This document shows, piece by piece, positions 12,501 to 26,965 of a stretch of DNA of 64,000 nt. The position numbers were made by a program, and so were the translations under genes. Every line of letters begins with the position of its first letter. Within the stretch, counting starts at the first letter, position 1. Where the stretch lies: positions 40,922,001-40,986,000 of the forward strand of contig OZ249436.1 in NCBI GenBank assembly GCA_965235115.1. Direction: 5' to 3'. The notes under the pieces were generated by a model. That model made no database searches, was not told where the DNA came from, and worked only from the letters and a program-made list of their open reading frames with translations. This DNA comes from Laetmonice hystrix (Eukaryota).

Positions 12501-15500
12501 GGAGGCCATGGACGTAATCCCTTTTAACAAAATGAATTTAATATCTGAATCCATGATCCCTAAAGCAGTTATATACATATATTATGTTTCGGAATATAAC
12601 TTTTCAGACAGAACAGTGATTTTCAACAAATCGCGGGAGTTGCAGGATTTTGCCACGTGCTGAGCTTGCGGCCAGGCCCTGCTCAGAATTAAAGTTAGAA
12701 AAACAAATGAATTCGATATGGGGAATTCTGGGAGAGGTAGTTGTTTCCAAAGTATTTTATTGGTATTTAGTACACATCTGTGATATCGCTAAACAAGTAG
12801 CTACGAGAGAATCACTCAAGGTTATGTTTCGAGGCCTTCCAGTTTGGTATAGGTATCGTATTATATCATTCCACGTGTGAAAGGTATTTCATAAAAGACC
12901 TTCAGACTACTTGGGTCATTAATTGTTTGTAGGCAAATGAACAATAGTACAAGTCTTAAATGTTCTTTTAAATGAGGTGAACTTCCGCCCAGGAAATCGG
13001 TGTTATTATATTGTACATAAGTTGGTCATCCATAGTGGCATTTTGCACTAAAGGCATGCTTTGTTGCGGTCGAGGTGTTTGCTCATTTAGTTGTTCATTC
13101 CAACTGCTGTGTTTGCGAGAGGATACCTCCCCGTGCATTTAGAGAATGGTTTGTCCACACGGCAGGAAGGTTGGTTGTGAAATGGGTCAGATGTACTCAA
13201 ACTCTTTACTAACACAAGTGACTCATTCAAGTGAAGCCGGTAGGCCAGGAAGCCCTCATCACCTGCTGACCGTACACAGCACCCATTGTAGTCTGTCATT
13301 TAATTCTGGTGCATCCTTGGCAGTACTCCGTATATCACTAATCCCACCTTAACCAGGTGTGCCCCCTCCCTTCCTACCTCTCTATATGATGACCACCCAC
13401 GCCTTTTATCCACAAGCCCTGACTTTATTTAAGTTTCTCACGGTGAAGTATAGCAGTAGCAGTAACAAGCAGGATGGTAAACGTTTTCAGATAGTGGTAT
13501 AGGTTCTGGATGCTCATCCTGGGACAGAGGGGTTAGCTGAGGCTGGAGAAGTTCGTACGTTGTGGAGGACCTCCTCCTGCAGGCTCCAAGCGAGGCTCGC
13601 GTTCATTCCCATCCTGCCGTGTGGCGGCGCTGGCGTCGTGCCAGCGGCCAGCCGAGTCGAACACTTAACACTGGCGGCTTGGTCTGACGGGAGCTTACCC
13701 ATAGCACCACCACGACCAGAGTCAGTCCACACCAAGTCGTGGTTGGCAACGCACGCACTCATAGCCTTGGCTCAGCGTCCCGCGCGCGTACACACGTGCA
13801 TACAGACGGACGTACGAAGCTACAAACGTATATGTCATTAAGGAGTATCGTAACTGTGTGAACTGAAAACTGAGTGTTTATTTTTAAATTGTGTGATGAC
13901 TTTTCCATGGACTGCGTGAGATGAGGACTATATTGAAGGAGTACTGGAAGGGAGGTCAAGGTGTAGGTGGCAAGCTAAAGGTGAGTGGTGTATGTACGTA
14001 GGTATTCAGCGTCTCCCGTAGGGATGCTCAACATCTTGTATACCTGTGATAACTTCCTAACCTACCCCCCCCCCCACTCTCACGGGAGAACCGGGATGAA
14101 AGGGTTCCAAAGTGACATGCCACATCGACAGACATAATTGAACGCAATACATACCTGGGCAAGAATATTGATAATTGTTCTCACGGCATCATGCAATGAA
14201 AGTGGAACACGTATCATGATCCAGATGTTCAATGTATATGTGGATGTTTACTGGTGTGTAAGAATGATCTAAGAGTGATACCGAACTGTCCTAATAACAT
14301 GGCTCACTCCTACCATAGCCTTCCTGGATACCATGAAGTTTACATCGCTCAAAGTTGGTAGCCCACGTGGCTGTTTGACCTCCGGTGAGTTGAGTGATGT
14401 ATACTAGCTTTGTCCGCCTATATCTCCGTGGTATCCGAGTCCTTTAATCAACCTGTATTAAATGGGAGAAAATATATTCAGCATAATGTGACCTTTCACG
14501 AGTCTCGCCGAAAGAGCTTGTTAACCTGGAAAAGGTCAACTCAACCACATATCACGAATCGGGGCTAATTTGCATTCTCTGTAAGAGTAAGTGATACAGT
14601 GGTATATTCTGTAATAATAAGCGAACTGTGAAGTCCTGCTGAACCTTTGACATTGTCATTCTAGGCATGTACTGTGCATGCATGGAACTGTCTCTATACT
14701 GCAGATGAATTTACTAGTATTTAAAGATATGCATAGAGTCAGTTTAGTATACATTAGTTAGCACATACAAGTATTATTATAGGCGCCTTACTCTCTTTGT
14801 ATTCAATTATCAGGGATATATATTGATAGAATTGACGATATTTGCCATGGTTACAGAGTAAAACTCAGCCATGCAGAACAACATGTATTATCACATGGTG
14901 ACACGCATCACTAGTTAACAACAGCCAGGGAGGAGGTGTCCCGATATTGATCATTATAACCTTTGTGTCGGTGTGTACCATCGTTTGGAGTACCACCACC
15001 TGTCTCCCAGTACTGTGGTATATAACCGTACCACACAGACAGACACCGTACATACGAGTTTCAACCAGGAACTCCCACTGACAACTACCACCAGCTTACA
15101 CGGCCCCGTGTGACATATGTAATTCTCCCAGAATGTCCAGACAAGGCCCAGCTGGTAATGGTTTAGTAGGACTCGTTCTCATAATAACACAGTGAGGAAA
15201 TAAAAAAGCTGGAACTCATACCAACCACACTTATATATTTTACAGAAAATATTGCTACTGTTACTAGGTCATTTATCTCCGGGCTTATAGGTCATTTGAG
15301 GTCAATTTTACATGAAGATGTTATTTTGTCATGCAGCTATTGGCACGTTGTTTTTTAGAACCCTTTTTTATGATGAATGCCATTTTTACATGTGGGAATG
15401 GTATGCCATTTGAACAGAGACGTGTTATTTAGTTCGAGAGGAGAATTGATTGGATTATTGACTGGCTGATACATGGACCGGACATTGTGCTGTTGTTATG

Positions 15501-17453
15501 TGAATGGTCCAGCGTACGTACACATCTGGGGTCAACCATGGTCTGTGTCACTGACTGCTAGCTTCATTAATTAGGATATAGATCGCAGATAATTAGGTCA
15601 GTCTGGTTAAAAACTGGGTTAACTACTTGTACTGCAGGTTTTTCTGTAGCATGTAAAGTAAGAAACAGTTTAAAGTTATTGAAATACCTGGAGTCCACTA
15701 CGATTTATCAAACAAAGAGTTATTAATTTGGTACCTGTATATCCTAGTACATGAACTACCTGTAGTATTATCCTATAGACTATGCCGATGAGATTACAGG
15801 TTAAGCCACCCATATCCAGGAACTATTTCATCCCACTTGGATTAACGCTGACTGACGCCTCGAGGCGCCTGTAATACAATCTGCAAGTCATAAGCTTACC
15901 TGCACTTTGACTGTGGCTCGCTGCCTATACTTATAACGGTCCCACTAACAGATTTGGTTTGACTGAGAATGACTTTTGCAGGCCAGGAAAAACATGAACA
16001 TGTTAGGTCCAGCCGGCCCGCCGGATGAACAATTCTATCAGCTAAAAAACACTTGTACACGAACCAGAGACAAAGGAGTCGTATAAAGTTGCGCCATACA
16101 GCTGGTAAGAAGCGAAATAAGTAATATATCCTGCTGGGAAAATATTCCCAAATGTACATCTATTTCAGAAATATGCAAAGTTCTATGAAAAACTAATGCC
16201 ACAAAAAAGAAGAAAAGAAAACGTATAATGTTACATCAGTCGTAGACATAGAATGTTACAGTAGAAAGACGTTGAGGTTGTAGGTTTTACAGAGTGCATG
16301 CAGGGAGTCGGGGTACCAGTGGTTTACATTAGGATGTTGTGTCGGTTGACAAGGGAGGAAGGGGAGGTAAAAATTGGGTGATAGGGGTTGAGGTGGGTAA
16401 GGGTATGGGGTGGGGTCTGTTGGTGTCTGTGGCGGACTACAGCTGGAGACAATGTCTGTGGCAGACTACAGCTGGAGACAATGTTGAAGCAGGAAAGAGG
16501 AAGACTTGCTGAGGGCGAATTTCTGAGGTGTCGGTGTCGTTGGTGGTAGTTGTGGCGGTTAGTGGGGGTTGGAGGGGGGGGGGGGGGGGGCAGAGCTCAT
16601 GGTGTACCCGCTCGGGGCAGGGCATGACTTCCGTGTCCCCGCCACCCATCTGGGTGACAGGTGCGGGTAGGACGACACCCGCCGGCGGGTGGAGGGGGCC
16701 GGTCCCGGCGGGGTGAACCACCAGGGCCGGTGGGAGCGACATGCGGGGGCAGCGGGCGGGGAATTAGGTGTCATCAAGCGCCATATACCTGGCCACAGTC
16801 GGCGCCGCCGCCTGGACTGATGACACGGCGCCCAGGTTGTTGTATTGTGACGAAAACCACAAAGGTCGTGTGAGGATTGTTGTCAGCTGAAGGAAGCGAA
16901 ACGTGATGACATCCGAGCTGGGTTCTGTTGACGCAGAACTTAGAGTCTATCGGAGAGAAAGTTTGGAACGCGCGGCTTTTAGACCGTCTCTCGAGGCTCG
17001 TAATGGATTTCTTTGATGAGGCAGTAATTCCATGGAGTGGACAAAGGAAAGAATAATAACAATATATCACGGCTCACATTTTCTATCACCATATCATTAA
17101 ATGAGCACCCACGTCTTGTATGATAATAGTTGGTCGCGTGATACTAAACATTTAGGATTTTGTCCTTGGAGAAACCCTCGACAAGACATATAGTTTTCTC
17201 AATTTTCATGGTCTCAAAGGCAATGGTCAAATTTTTAATAGAAAAGAAGACATTTAGAAATAAAATATCGTGTCAGAAGAATTAAGTGTGACCTACTTGG
17301 ATCCATGTGCATTAATGAAAATGGGGCTGTATGGATGAATTACCCATACGGGATATTGACCAAGAAAGTTTCTGCATCGACGAAAATAAAATATGCGGGC
17401 GTTGTTCAGGACTACAGGATGGTGGAATCCTCAGTTCTGTGCTGGGAGTGGTG

Positions 17454-18646
17454 GAGGATCAGACCTGACATGTGGTGAGGATCAGACCTGACATGTGGTG
17501 GGGATCAGACCTGACATGTGGTGGGGATCAGACCTGACATGTGGCGAGGATCAGACCTGACATGTGGTGGGGATCAGACCTGACATGTGGCGAGGTGCAG
17601 ACCTGACATGTGGTGAGGATCAGACCTGACATGTGGCGAGGATCAGACCTGACATGTGGCGAGGGTCAGGCCTGACATCAGACCTGACACGTGGCGAGGA
17701 TCAGACCTGACGTGTGGCGAGGATCAGACCTGACATGTGGCGAGGATCAGACCTGACATGTGGTGGGGATCAGACCTGACACGTGGCGAGGATCAGACTT
17801 GACACGTGGCGAGGATCAGACCTGACGTGTGGCGAGGATCAGACCTGACATGTGGCGAGGATCAGACCTGACATGTGGTGGGGATCAGACCTGACATGTG
17901 GTGGGGATCAGACCTGACATGTGGCGAGGATCAGACCTGACATGTGGTGGGGATCAGACCTGACATGTGGCGAGGATCAGACCTGACATGTGGCGAGGAT
18001 CAGACCTGACATGTGGCGAGGATCAGACCTGACGTGTGGCGAGGATCAGACCTGACATGTGGCGAGGATCAGACCTGACATGTGGCGAGGATCAGACCTG
18101 ACGTGTGGCGAGGATCAGACCTGACATGTGGCGAGGATCAGACCTGACATGTGGCAAGGATCAGACCTGACATGTGGTGAGGATCAGACCTGACATGTCG
18201 CGAGGATCAGACCTGACATGTGGTGGGGATCAGACCTGACATGTGGCGAGGATCAGACCTGACATGTGGTGGGGATCAGACCTGACATGTGGCAAGGATC
18301 AGACCTGACATGTGGTGAGGATCAGACCTGACATGTGGCTAGGATCAGACCTGACATGTGGCGAGGATCAGACCTGACGGCGAGGATCAGGTGGCAAGGA
18401 TCAGACCTAACATGTGGTGAGGATCAGACCTGACATGTGGTGGGGATCAGACCTGACATGTGGTGGGGATCAGACCTGACATGTCATTGTGGTGGGAATC
18501 AGACCTGACATGTGGCGAGAATCAGACCTGACATGTGGCGAGGAGCAGACCTGACATGTGGCGAGGAGCAGACCTGACATGTGGCGAGAATCAGACCTGA
18601 CATGTGGCGAGGAGCAGACCTGACATGTGGCGAGGAGCAGACCTGA
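17454..18646. repeat. Minisatellite, 23-bp unit gatcagacctgacatgtggcgag, ~50 copies
   Basis: Directly visible tandem array with minor variants (tggg/cgag/tgag; agc/aatc variants at the 3' end). Confidence 0.98.
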
Positions 18647-18742
18647 TACCAATTCCAATCCCTGATTCTGATCTTTCTGTGGTGACGGTACGAAGATCGT
18701 GGCAGGTTTTGAGGACCGAGGAAAGCGGGACGAGGAGGGGGA

Positions 18743-18828
18743 GGGGTGTGGGGGAAGGAGGTGTGGGGGAAGGGGGTGTGGGGGAAGGGGGTGTGGGGGA
18801 AGGGGGCGTGGGGGAAGGGGGTGTGGGT
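18743..18828 (+). repeat. G-rich 15-bp tandem repeat (gtgtgggggaagggg), ~5 copies, G-quadruplex-prone
   Basis: Directly visible; many runs of 4-5 G. Confidence 0.85.
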
Positions 18829-20333
18829 GAACAGACTGACAGAGAGTGTGCACAGCTGGGAGATCATGACAACCAACACACCTGTACTGTGGTACTACTG
18901 CTGAGTGCGGTGGGAGAAAGAGGAGTTCCGTCTTGTCTGTTCTGTTTATTTTGGAACTCAGCACTTTTTTCCGACTGGGAGGCTTTCTGGATTAAAAAAA
19001 ATATCCTTCAGCTAGGAACGTTTGAAATGTTGTGGTAACGGTAGCGGAATCTGCTAATTAAAATAGAATGGTATCATGCGTTTACTGAGCAAGCCATTCA
19101 TGGTAATGTGAGACAGAGAGGCATGATGTAGGTAGTTGTCCAAATATCATGGAGAATTGGAATGAATTTAGATATACAAATCTGCCAGCTCTGGGAAGTT
19201 CTGGCAGTACATGCGAACAGATGGGTGAAAATAGGAGTCATTAATCATTCTTTTTTTTCTCCCCCTCCCCTTTTTTGTCTGTCTGTCGTTTAACTGACCT
19301 TTGGGGTCTTGGATTGTTCGAGTGGCATGACCTGGCAGGGTCTGCTACAGTAGAAATAGCCGGTAGGGATCACGGTACTATAGAAATCAGGCAGTATAGT
19401 GAAGACACTGATCTGTTTGAAGAATGATTGCGTGACCCTGCTCGCAGCGCCCCCTAACGACCAGAAACACTGAACTTTCTTGTTACCTTACTCAATGTTT
19501 CCCGCACCTCTGGTCAGAGAAGTAGTTTAAATAGGATGATATAAAGCCGAGCCTTTGATGTCCGAGATCGTCTCTACTGCCCTTGGTGTCTAAGCTGTGT
19601 CACCATTGTGATCGCACACTGTCCCGCCGGCTAATACTGGTGTTTGGGGACAGAAGTAGGTGCTACCTGAAAGTTGAGAGTGGCTGAGTCACAGACAGTG
19701 GTCGTGACTGAGAGGGTAGGTTGCTAGTGGGATGGCTACAGGGGGACCATCAGGGCTGTGTATGGGACGGCAGGCTTTGTACTGTGTAGTATTCATTTTT
19801 TTAACACCCTGGGCACTTCTCTTTCTGTAGCCGCTCTTATCTGATTAGAGCTAAAATATGAAATTTGGAAGGAAAGAAAGTACAAAATGTATAATGTTAT
19901 ATGAAATCAGTTTGTAAAATTAGGATGAACTTTGAAATTTGTGAATATGTTATGTTTCGATAATGCATTGATGATCTATACCAGTGTTCTGTGAAAATGC
20001 GTCCTTGATACGGATAATATAATTAAAACAAGGATATTCAAAATAATTACTAAAGCTATAATTGGATCATTTTTTAAAGTCTTAAGTGCTAATAATGGTG
20101 CATATTATTCCAAATTGAAGTCCTATATTTCACATTACTGAGGCGTGCGACGAATCTTCTCCAAACTGTTTTTCTAATTGGTCAAGCTGTTGACTGTGTT
20201 CGTCCGATCTAATTGTAGGTAAGATTTTTTAGTTAGATTTTTTGGACAGATTGCCGATGTGATGAGTAATTATAGTCCATGCACCCAGATAACATGGCGC
20301 CCTCTGCCCCCTCCCCCCCCCCCCCCCCCAGAA

Positions 20334-20425
20334 GTGGTGGTGGCCGAGTGGGCATGGACGTTGATACCTTATGCGATGCGAATGGGTACAGTAATCTTTG
20401 GGTCGGGGTTCGATTCCAGAAGCGT
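20334..20425 (+). mobile_element. tRNA-derived SINE-like head / degenerate tRNA-like sequence
   Basis: A-box-like tggccgagtgg (20341-20351) and B-box ggttcgattcc (20407-20417), then a T-run. No convincing acceptor stem, so not a functional tRNA. Confidence 0.5.
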
Positions 20426-23400
20426 ATACAATTTTTTTCTTTCCCGACATTCTGAACGTGAACTTGGTTACGCCTGATTCCCATGCACAGTGGAGTCCTT
20501 CTATCTCCCCTAATCACACGCACACTTCATGATCTATTCACATCAGAAAGAGCTACATACATGTACACATACCTGCCAAGTCTTTGTGTTCGAGTAAAAA
20601 ATGTTTAGGTCGTAAATATTGCTTACAAAGGTCGGAGCATCTTCAGCTGTCCGTGTTTCCAGGTGTCCGTGTTGGAATTTAGAATACCGAATTACCACCT
20701 GATACCAACTCGGGCTATTACAAAATGATAGACTCCCCATGGTGGGTAATATGTCAATGGTTCCAAGTCTACTTGCATGAGGAGGGGCGGCTGGGAGATG
20801 TAAGTAGTATACGCAATGTAAGTGGTGTAGTCTGACTGACACCGCGGGTCATTGGGTCATCATGTAGTCTCAACACGTGTGGTTCTAATTGGTGTCAGTG
20901 TCGGCGGATTTCTGGGACGTGGATGGTACCAGGTGCTTACCCATCACAATCATGACACACGTGGGACCTGTACAAGTACCGGGTGTACACCTGGTGACGG
21001 GGTACACCTGGTGAATCCCAATGGGACTGGTAGCCTGATCCCACCTGACCACGCCGGCTGGGTGTGGGGGTGGGGGTGGGAGTGGGGGTGGACTCAGGTG
21101 TTCAGTGAAGGGTGTCGCAAGGTGATCACAGGTAACAACACACAGGTACGAGTGCTGAGACAGACATCAGGAACGGCAGCAGCAAGGTCGGGAGGTGAAA
21201 GGGAACACAATGTAGGAAGATATGGAATAAAAGTCCTTGGATTTCTTTTAATATGGAAAAGTGTTTAATTTAAAACAAGTATTATATTTCCTCTAAAGTC
21301 AAAGGCATTTAAATGTCATGAAAGAAGTGGCTAAAGCTGCGCACTGAGATACCTAAACTTATCAATAGAGATACTTTTCAGTCTCAGCCATGAAAACTTG
21401 AGAGTCGGCCCTACCTGACAGCAGTTTGTGTGAGGTTTTCATACTCATGCACTGGCACATTGAAGTGTGTAAACTGGTAGGAGATAAAATGTAAACTCTT
21501 TGTTAAAATGTAAAAAACAATCAATACCAGACGTGGAGGAATTATTCAGGCGTCAGCAGTCTTACAGTGAACTTGTACGTACAACCAACCGAGTTCAATC
21601 GTTAAAATGAGTTGAAGTTTTTGAGCATGGTATTACTGTTCGGTCTTCAGATCGGTGTCGTTTTATTTTGGGACTCAGAAGTTTCAGCCGAGATGATCGT
21701 AAGAGAATTGGTGCGATATGGGCGTACTTTTGACCCCTTCATTAATTTTGTGATACCGTTGGAGAACATGAGCTAGGAGTTAGATGATGTGGGCAGCTGA
21801 TAGAAGGGGTTATGGAGAATTTGAAGCAAGGAATTTTCAAAAGCATAATATTATGTTGGAGGATGTCAATGTAATCCTTCTATAATATGCAATTATCCAC
21901 ATGTAATTCAGTTACAGGTTTTCATGCCAATAGTTGTGCAATCAATACACGTTGTCACTATTGTTAATCATATACATGTAGTTGACAATATAAATGTAAT
22001 TTGTGCCATTCAAAGCGTGGTATAATTGCAACCTTTATTCAGACTAAAGTTGAGACCGCTATCAAAAGAAACCTGATTATGGAGTAGTTTTCTAAGATTC
22101 GTTACATTGGGACCTGAGGGTAAGTCCATATAAATCAGCCTCCGCAGTAATCCTTCCACAAGGTACTGTGACGTTAATGATACCCAATTTGGCTGGCTGG
22201 CCTTACCACAGCTTCGAGCTTTTAACCGCTGTAAAAGGGTTCGTTAACGAGCTACCGATTATATCGTATACAGGGTGGTCCTATATGACTGGGGATTTAA
22301 ATAAGATTACAACATTCACACCCTAGTCGGAGGTCATTATAGGGTTGTATCCTATTTGAAGGACGTTTGAAGGTCAATAACAAGCTTTTCTCTGATTAAC
22401 ACTCTCATTGATTGCCTGTGTAAGTGCAGAACGTTTAATGTTAATGAGAGCCCTGGAGCTGTCATTGATGATTAGTGAGCTCTGTCGTATTGAGGATGTT
22501 TTACTCAACCGCTTTTATAGTATAAACCTGAGATTTCTCTTTTATATCATTAAGTATTCATATTTTAACGGCAGCCAAATTCTCGGTCTTGGCAATATAA
22601 ACAGACACATTTTTTTTTATTAGCCAGTCTTTCCGTTTTAGAAGCTTGTTGTAAGATATAAAAAAAAGTCCACTTCCTGTCTGCCTTGTGTTTATTGACG
22701 TAGACTCGGACCACACGGACACTTTGGTGTTTCTGGTTAAACGACCCAGGTATCAGACGGCAGTAAGGACCAGTATTGCTAACATAGAACGTGATCGTAC
22801 GATCTTAACAACAGGAGTATAGTGTTCGTCACTTGTGATATAGTGAAGTTCAGACAGAATAGATCTAAGTCATCGCTACTTCTCTGTGTTACCATTACAG
22901 ACGTGACTATAAATTAATCTGTCCTCAATAAGGCAAAAGTCGCCGTAAACAGGAATGTATCCTCGCTCTTTTATATAAAATAAATTTTATTGCGTATTAT
23001 TTTTCGCTATGATAACATGGTCAGAATCTGTTCACACATCGCTAACAGATGGAGGAAGCGTTGCTCAGGGTCAGTTGTAACAGAGTATAGTTAGTGTACC
23101 TGAGAGAGTGGTGGTTACCTGTAAATCCGAGGCTGCTAGCACCGAGTTGCTATCATGTGGTCCAGCGTCGTGCATCATTGAACTAGGGGCCGTAGTCCTT
23201 GCCTGGTCCTATGTACATACGTCCACTGCTTTATGGATTTACCGCTACTCGACGCTTCTAGAAAACACCTGCTCTTGGTCTGGTCTGTACTTTAACGAGC
23301 TGCCCCCAAGTGAAGGAAAAGTTGAACGTCTTGTGTTTATATTTCCTTACAACCTCTCAAAGGACATATCTTAATATTTCTAGATACGTCAAGCGGACTG

Positions 23401-26400
23401 CGTTTTGGGGGCCATGATCGTTGCCGCCCATTATAGAGTCTAAAGAAACTTCCACTGTTTCTGTCGAGTTTGGGGTATGGGAAGGGATGTGGTAGTATGA
23501 GGCCAGAAAGTCTGTATTCACAGAAACAGGTATATTTATTTTAGGCTGGCTACATATTTTGAGGTGCATTCCGACATAGAAAAAACAACTTTAATCGATT
23601 TTAAAGTGGAGACTAACTCTTGGTTGGTAATGTGGGTGGCATTTTTTGTGCCGCGAACCAACCTGCAGGGGAAGGAATTCTAAAACTTTGAAAGCTTACT
23701 TTTTTATCATGGTAACTATTGAAATACTATGCAAAGAAGACAAGGTTTAAATTTGGATCTTAAAATAACTTCCAGAAATTCTATGATTGAATTAATAAAA
23801 TTTTGAATAATTAATATGAGTATGGCTTTAATTCCTGCGTTTAGTGATACATGTAATTTTGCAGTTGTCTGCATTTTACCAACATCCACTCCAGAGTGGT
23901 GGAAAATGGTAGTGGTGTCGTGTATGCTGTAAACGAGAAACGGTCACCTTACGATTCCGTGGAAGTGAAATTAAACAAGGCCTTTAGTATTTATGCTAAG
24001 CGTACCATGAAATAAGCACAGGCCATAACTGGGGCAAGTGGACATTAGATATCTAGACCTATAATAATACACACCTGACGATGACTTGCATAGATGAGAA
24101 GTGAAGCGTTATGTGTGTCTCATAAGGTCGTGTCGGGGTGGGTCATAATATACAAGTAGACCATGTGAAATTATTTCTACATCGTGTCCAGACCGTCTTC
24201 AGTGGTCAGGAGCCTACACGTCGACTATGTTGAGAACTGCGTAGGCTACATGTTGTATGCGGGTGACCTTTTGTCTCAGGGTCAGTAGACCGGTTGACAC
24301 GGTCGTATTTGAGGCCGTGAGTCGTTCATGAGTCCGTCACAAGTCGTGTCATGTTGTGGGGGAAGCATGGCATTGTCTGACTGACAACATGTTGGGTAAT
24401 TGAAAGGATGTGGTGAGGAGGGTCACCTCAGATGAACTCTATAGTCGTGTTTATACTGGAAGATTTCCGTAGCTTTCTTATAAAATGATCAGGGACAGCA
24501 GAAGGCGGGGAGCACTACACTGTCATTATGAGGATCAACCCGGGTCAAGGACAAATTAGGGAGGAAAATATAGTCTGGTACATTTTTTTACGTTTTGGCG
24601 AAGAATAATTGTTCTCTACCTGTGCAAAGTGCCTTTAAATAATCAAGCTGGGGAGCCATTTTTAACAGTGATTTATTAGTTCGGTGAAAGGAAAATTATT
24701 ACGATGAGAGAAAGGTCACGTTGAGGTGCCTTATTTATATGACCATGATTCCCCCACGATTAATGTAGGGCCGTACCTATTGTCCATTTTGACTTGATCA
24801 CACCCTAGCTAGGTGTTCTTAACAATGTCATTGATCTGTAACCAGGCATTGAATTCATGGATGGCAACCTACAAAATGCCCCCCATTATGCCTGTAAATA
24901 GACATATTGTTGTTAAATACAATGATTACTTTGTGGATCATAGTACATGTATATTTGAGAAAATGTGTATTTTCGGAATTTCTCAAAATGGTAATAAGTG
25001 AAGCCTAAAGAGGGTCAAGTGTTGGCACTCAAAGTTTAAATGGAATTGATACATGATGGAACTGATAGAAATGATACATTATGTGCCAGTTCTTACGACT
25101 AGTGATCCTGTTAGCGTGTCTTGTCACAAGGTTGTGATTTGATGTTGTTGATTCTATCCTTTGTCCTCAGCTGATGGATTTCAAGCTGTTAACCAGGTGA
25201 TAAACCCACACACCTGGGTCCTGACCCGCCAACATCAAGAGTTTAATGGGTGGCCCACTGTCACCGTCATTATACTGCCATAGAAGAGTTTCTGTTGTAA
25301 GGCGGTTCTCATGCTACAGGTGTTCCAAAGATAATATACCTGTATATAATAAGATTGGATGTATTTATGATAGGGCTAATACCGCTAGGAATAATCTTTA
25401 GCTCTATACTCGCATAGCCAGTCAGGTTTACGTGCGACATCTACGGTTGAGTCAGAGACCAACATGATTTCAGTTATTGGAGGTGCCTGTGAGCAAACGT
25501 CACAATGTGGCTTTATCCTGGGATGGGTTATTTCTACGAGTTGACATGGCTGTTAGAAACATATTGCTGTCGTATTAGAAGTCGGATAGGATCCTGTGAA
25601 CTCAAGTTTGAGCCAATGAGTCAGCCACGGATGAGTACGTCTTCGTTATGATTACAATCCATCATAACTCTATCCTCGTCCTCCTCTATGTACTCATGTG
25701 TTGTGATAACAATATGACTTGGACACTGTATAATGGACGAACCTCTTTTCACAAGGATTTCTTTTTCTGTCAAGGTGTGAACGTGTGATTAGGGCAGAGT
25801 ATAGTCAGAATATAGACATCTAAGATCAAAGACAAACAGTAAGACGTGAGGATTCGTCAAGGTGTCAAACAAGTTAATTACACCATGGTTACCTGTGTGA
25901 TAGAGTCTACACAACAATGATGACATCCCAGTTCAGGGTCTGACAGACTGACATTGGCCCATCAACATAACCTTCCTTTGTTAAGGCCAGCTTGTGTGAA
26001 TGACTTTGGTTTTTTTCCACGCACAATGGATATTTGATATACATAAGTATTTCTTTGATAAAAACAGCAAACAGCCATGTCTCTTTATTCGTTATCTCAA
26101 TGCTATATGTCAACTTTTTTGTAGATTTTCTGTTCCAGCAGGGGGAATTCTTGACAAGCATTTACTACTAAAATTGATGTCACACAGCAAGAGTTCTCTT
26201 GTGCGTTAGACGTTTCACTGTGAAAGGGTAGAATGGTTGGTGATCACCAAACTTTCTGACACGAGACAGTAACCCTGACCCTTACCTTTTGAACTATTAC
26301 ATTAGAGATGAGAAAAAGAGATTTCCCGTAGTACAGAGGAGGTGCGCAGTCACGAGTCGGCATGCCAACAAGCTTTGACTAACTTGTATTTTAGAATGCA

Positions 26401-26965
26401 AGAGGTGTTTCACAATCTTCCAGAAGTGTTATTGCCGTACCTTGCCCAAGAAATTGCCCAGGCTCTTGTCTTGCACACTTTTCCACGCTCTCGAAGTCCC
26501 TATGGGAGAGGACGATGTGGAGGATGCTCAGACTTGCTGACGTCTATTGTGGAAGTATTAGAGTGAAACATCTCGCAGAGCTCGCCAATACGCGTTGTTA
26601 TATTTGGCTGTTTGTTTGGTGAGATGTTCCTACTGTCAGCCACCTGCACTGCCAGCGTGACCATCTTTACAAAGCGTGGGAACTTCAGACTCGTGTACGG
26701 GTCTTTGGCAATCTGCAGTCTTCACAGCAGGTAAAGGTTTACGAGTTTGACACTTGACTCTTCCTGTTCCCATCCCCGTGGGCCCCAGGTGTGTTGGCAT
26801 TGCCAAATGTCAGGAACTGTTATAGACAATACTTTGAGACATTCCCATGTTACAGCTGATCCAAGATCCAGCGATTCTGTATAGAAGCCAGTCCTGCCAC
26901 CCTGTGGGTCCATGTAGGCTGAATAGGGGAGACTATGGGCCCTCCTTTATCTCTACTATCTCTAA

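Noticed and set aside
20334..20425. Functional tRNA gene
   Set aside because: A and B boxes are present, but no cloverleaf or acceptor stem can be built. Kept only as SINE-like.
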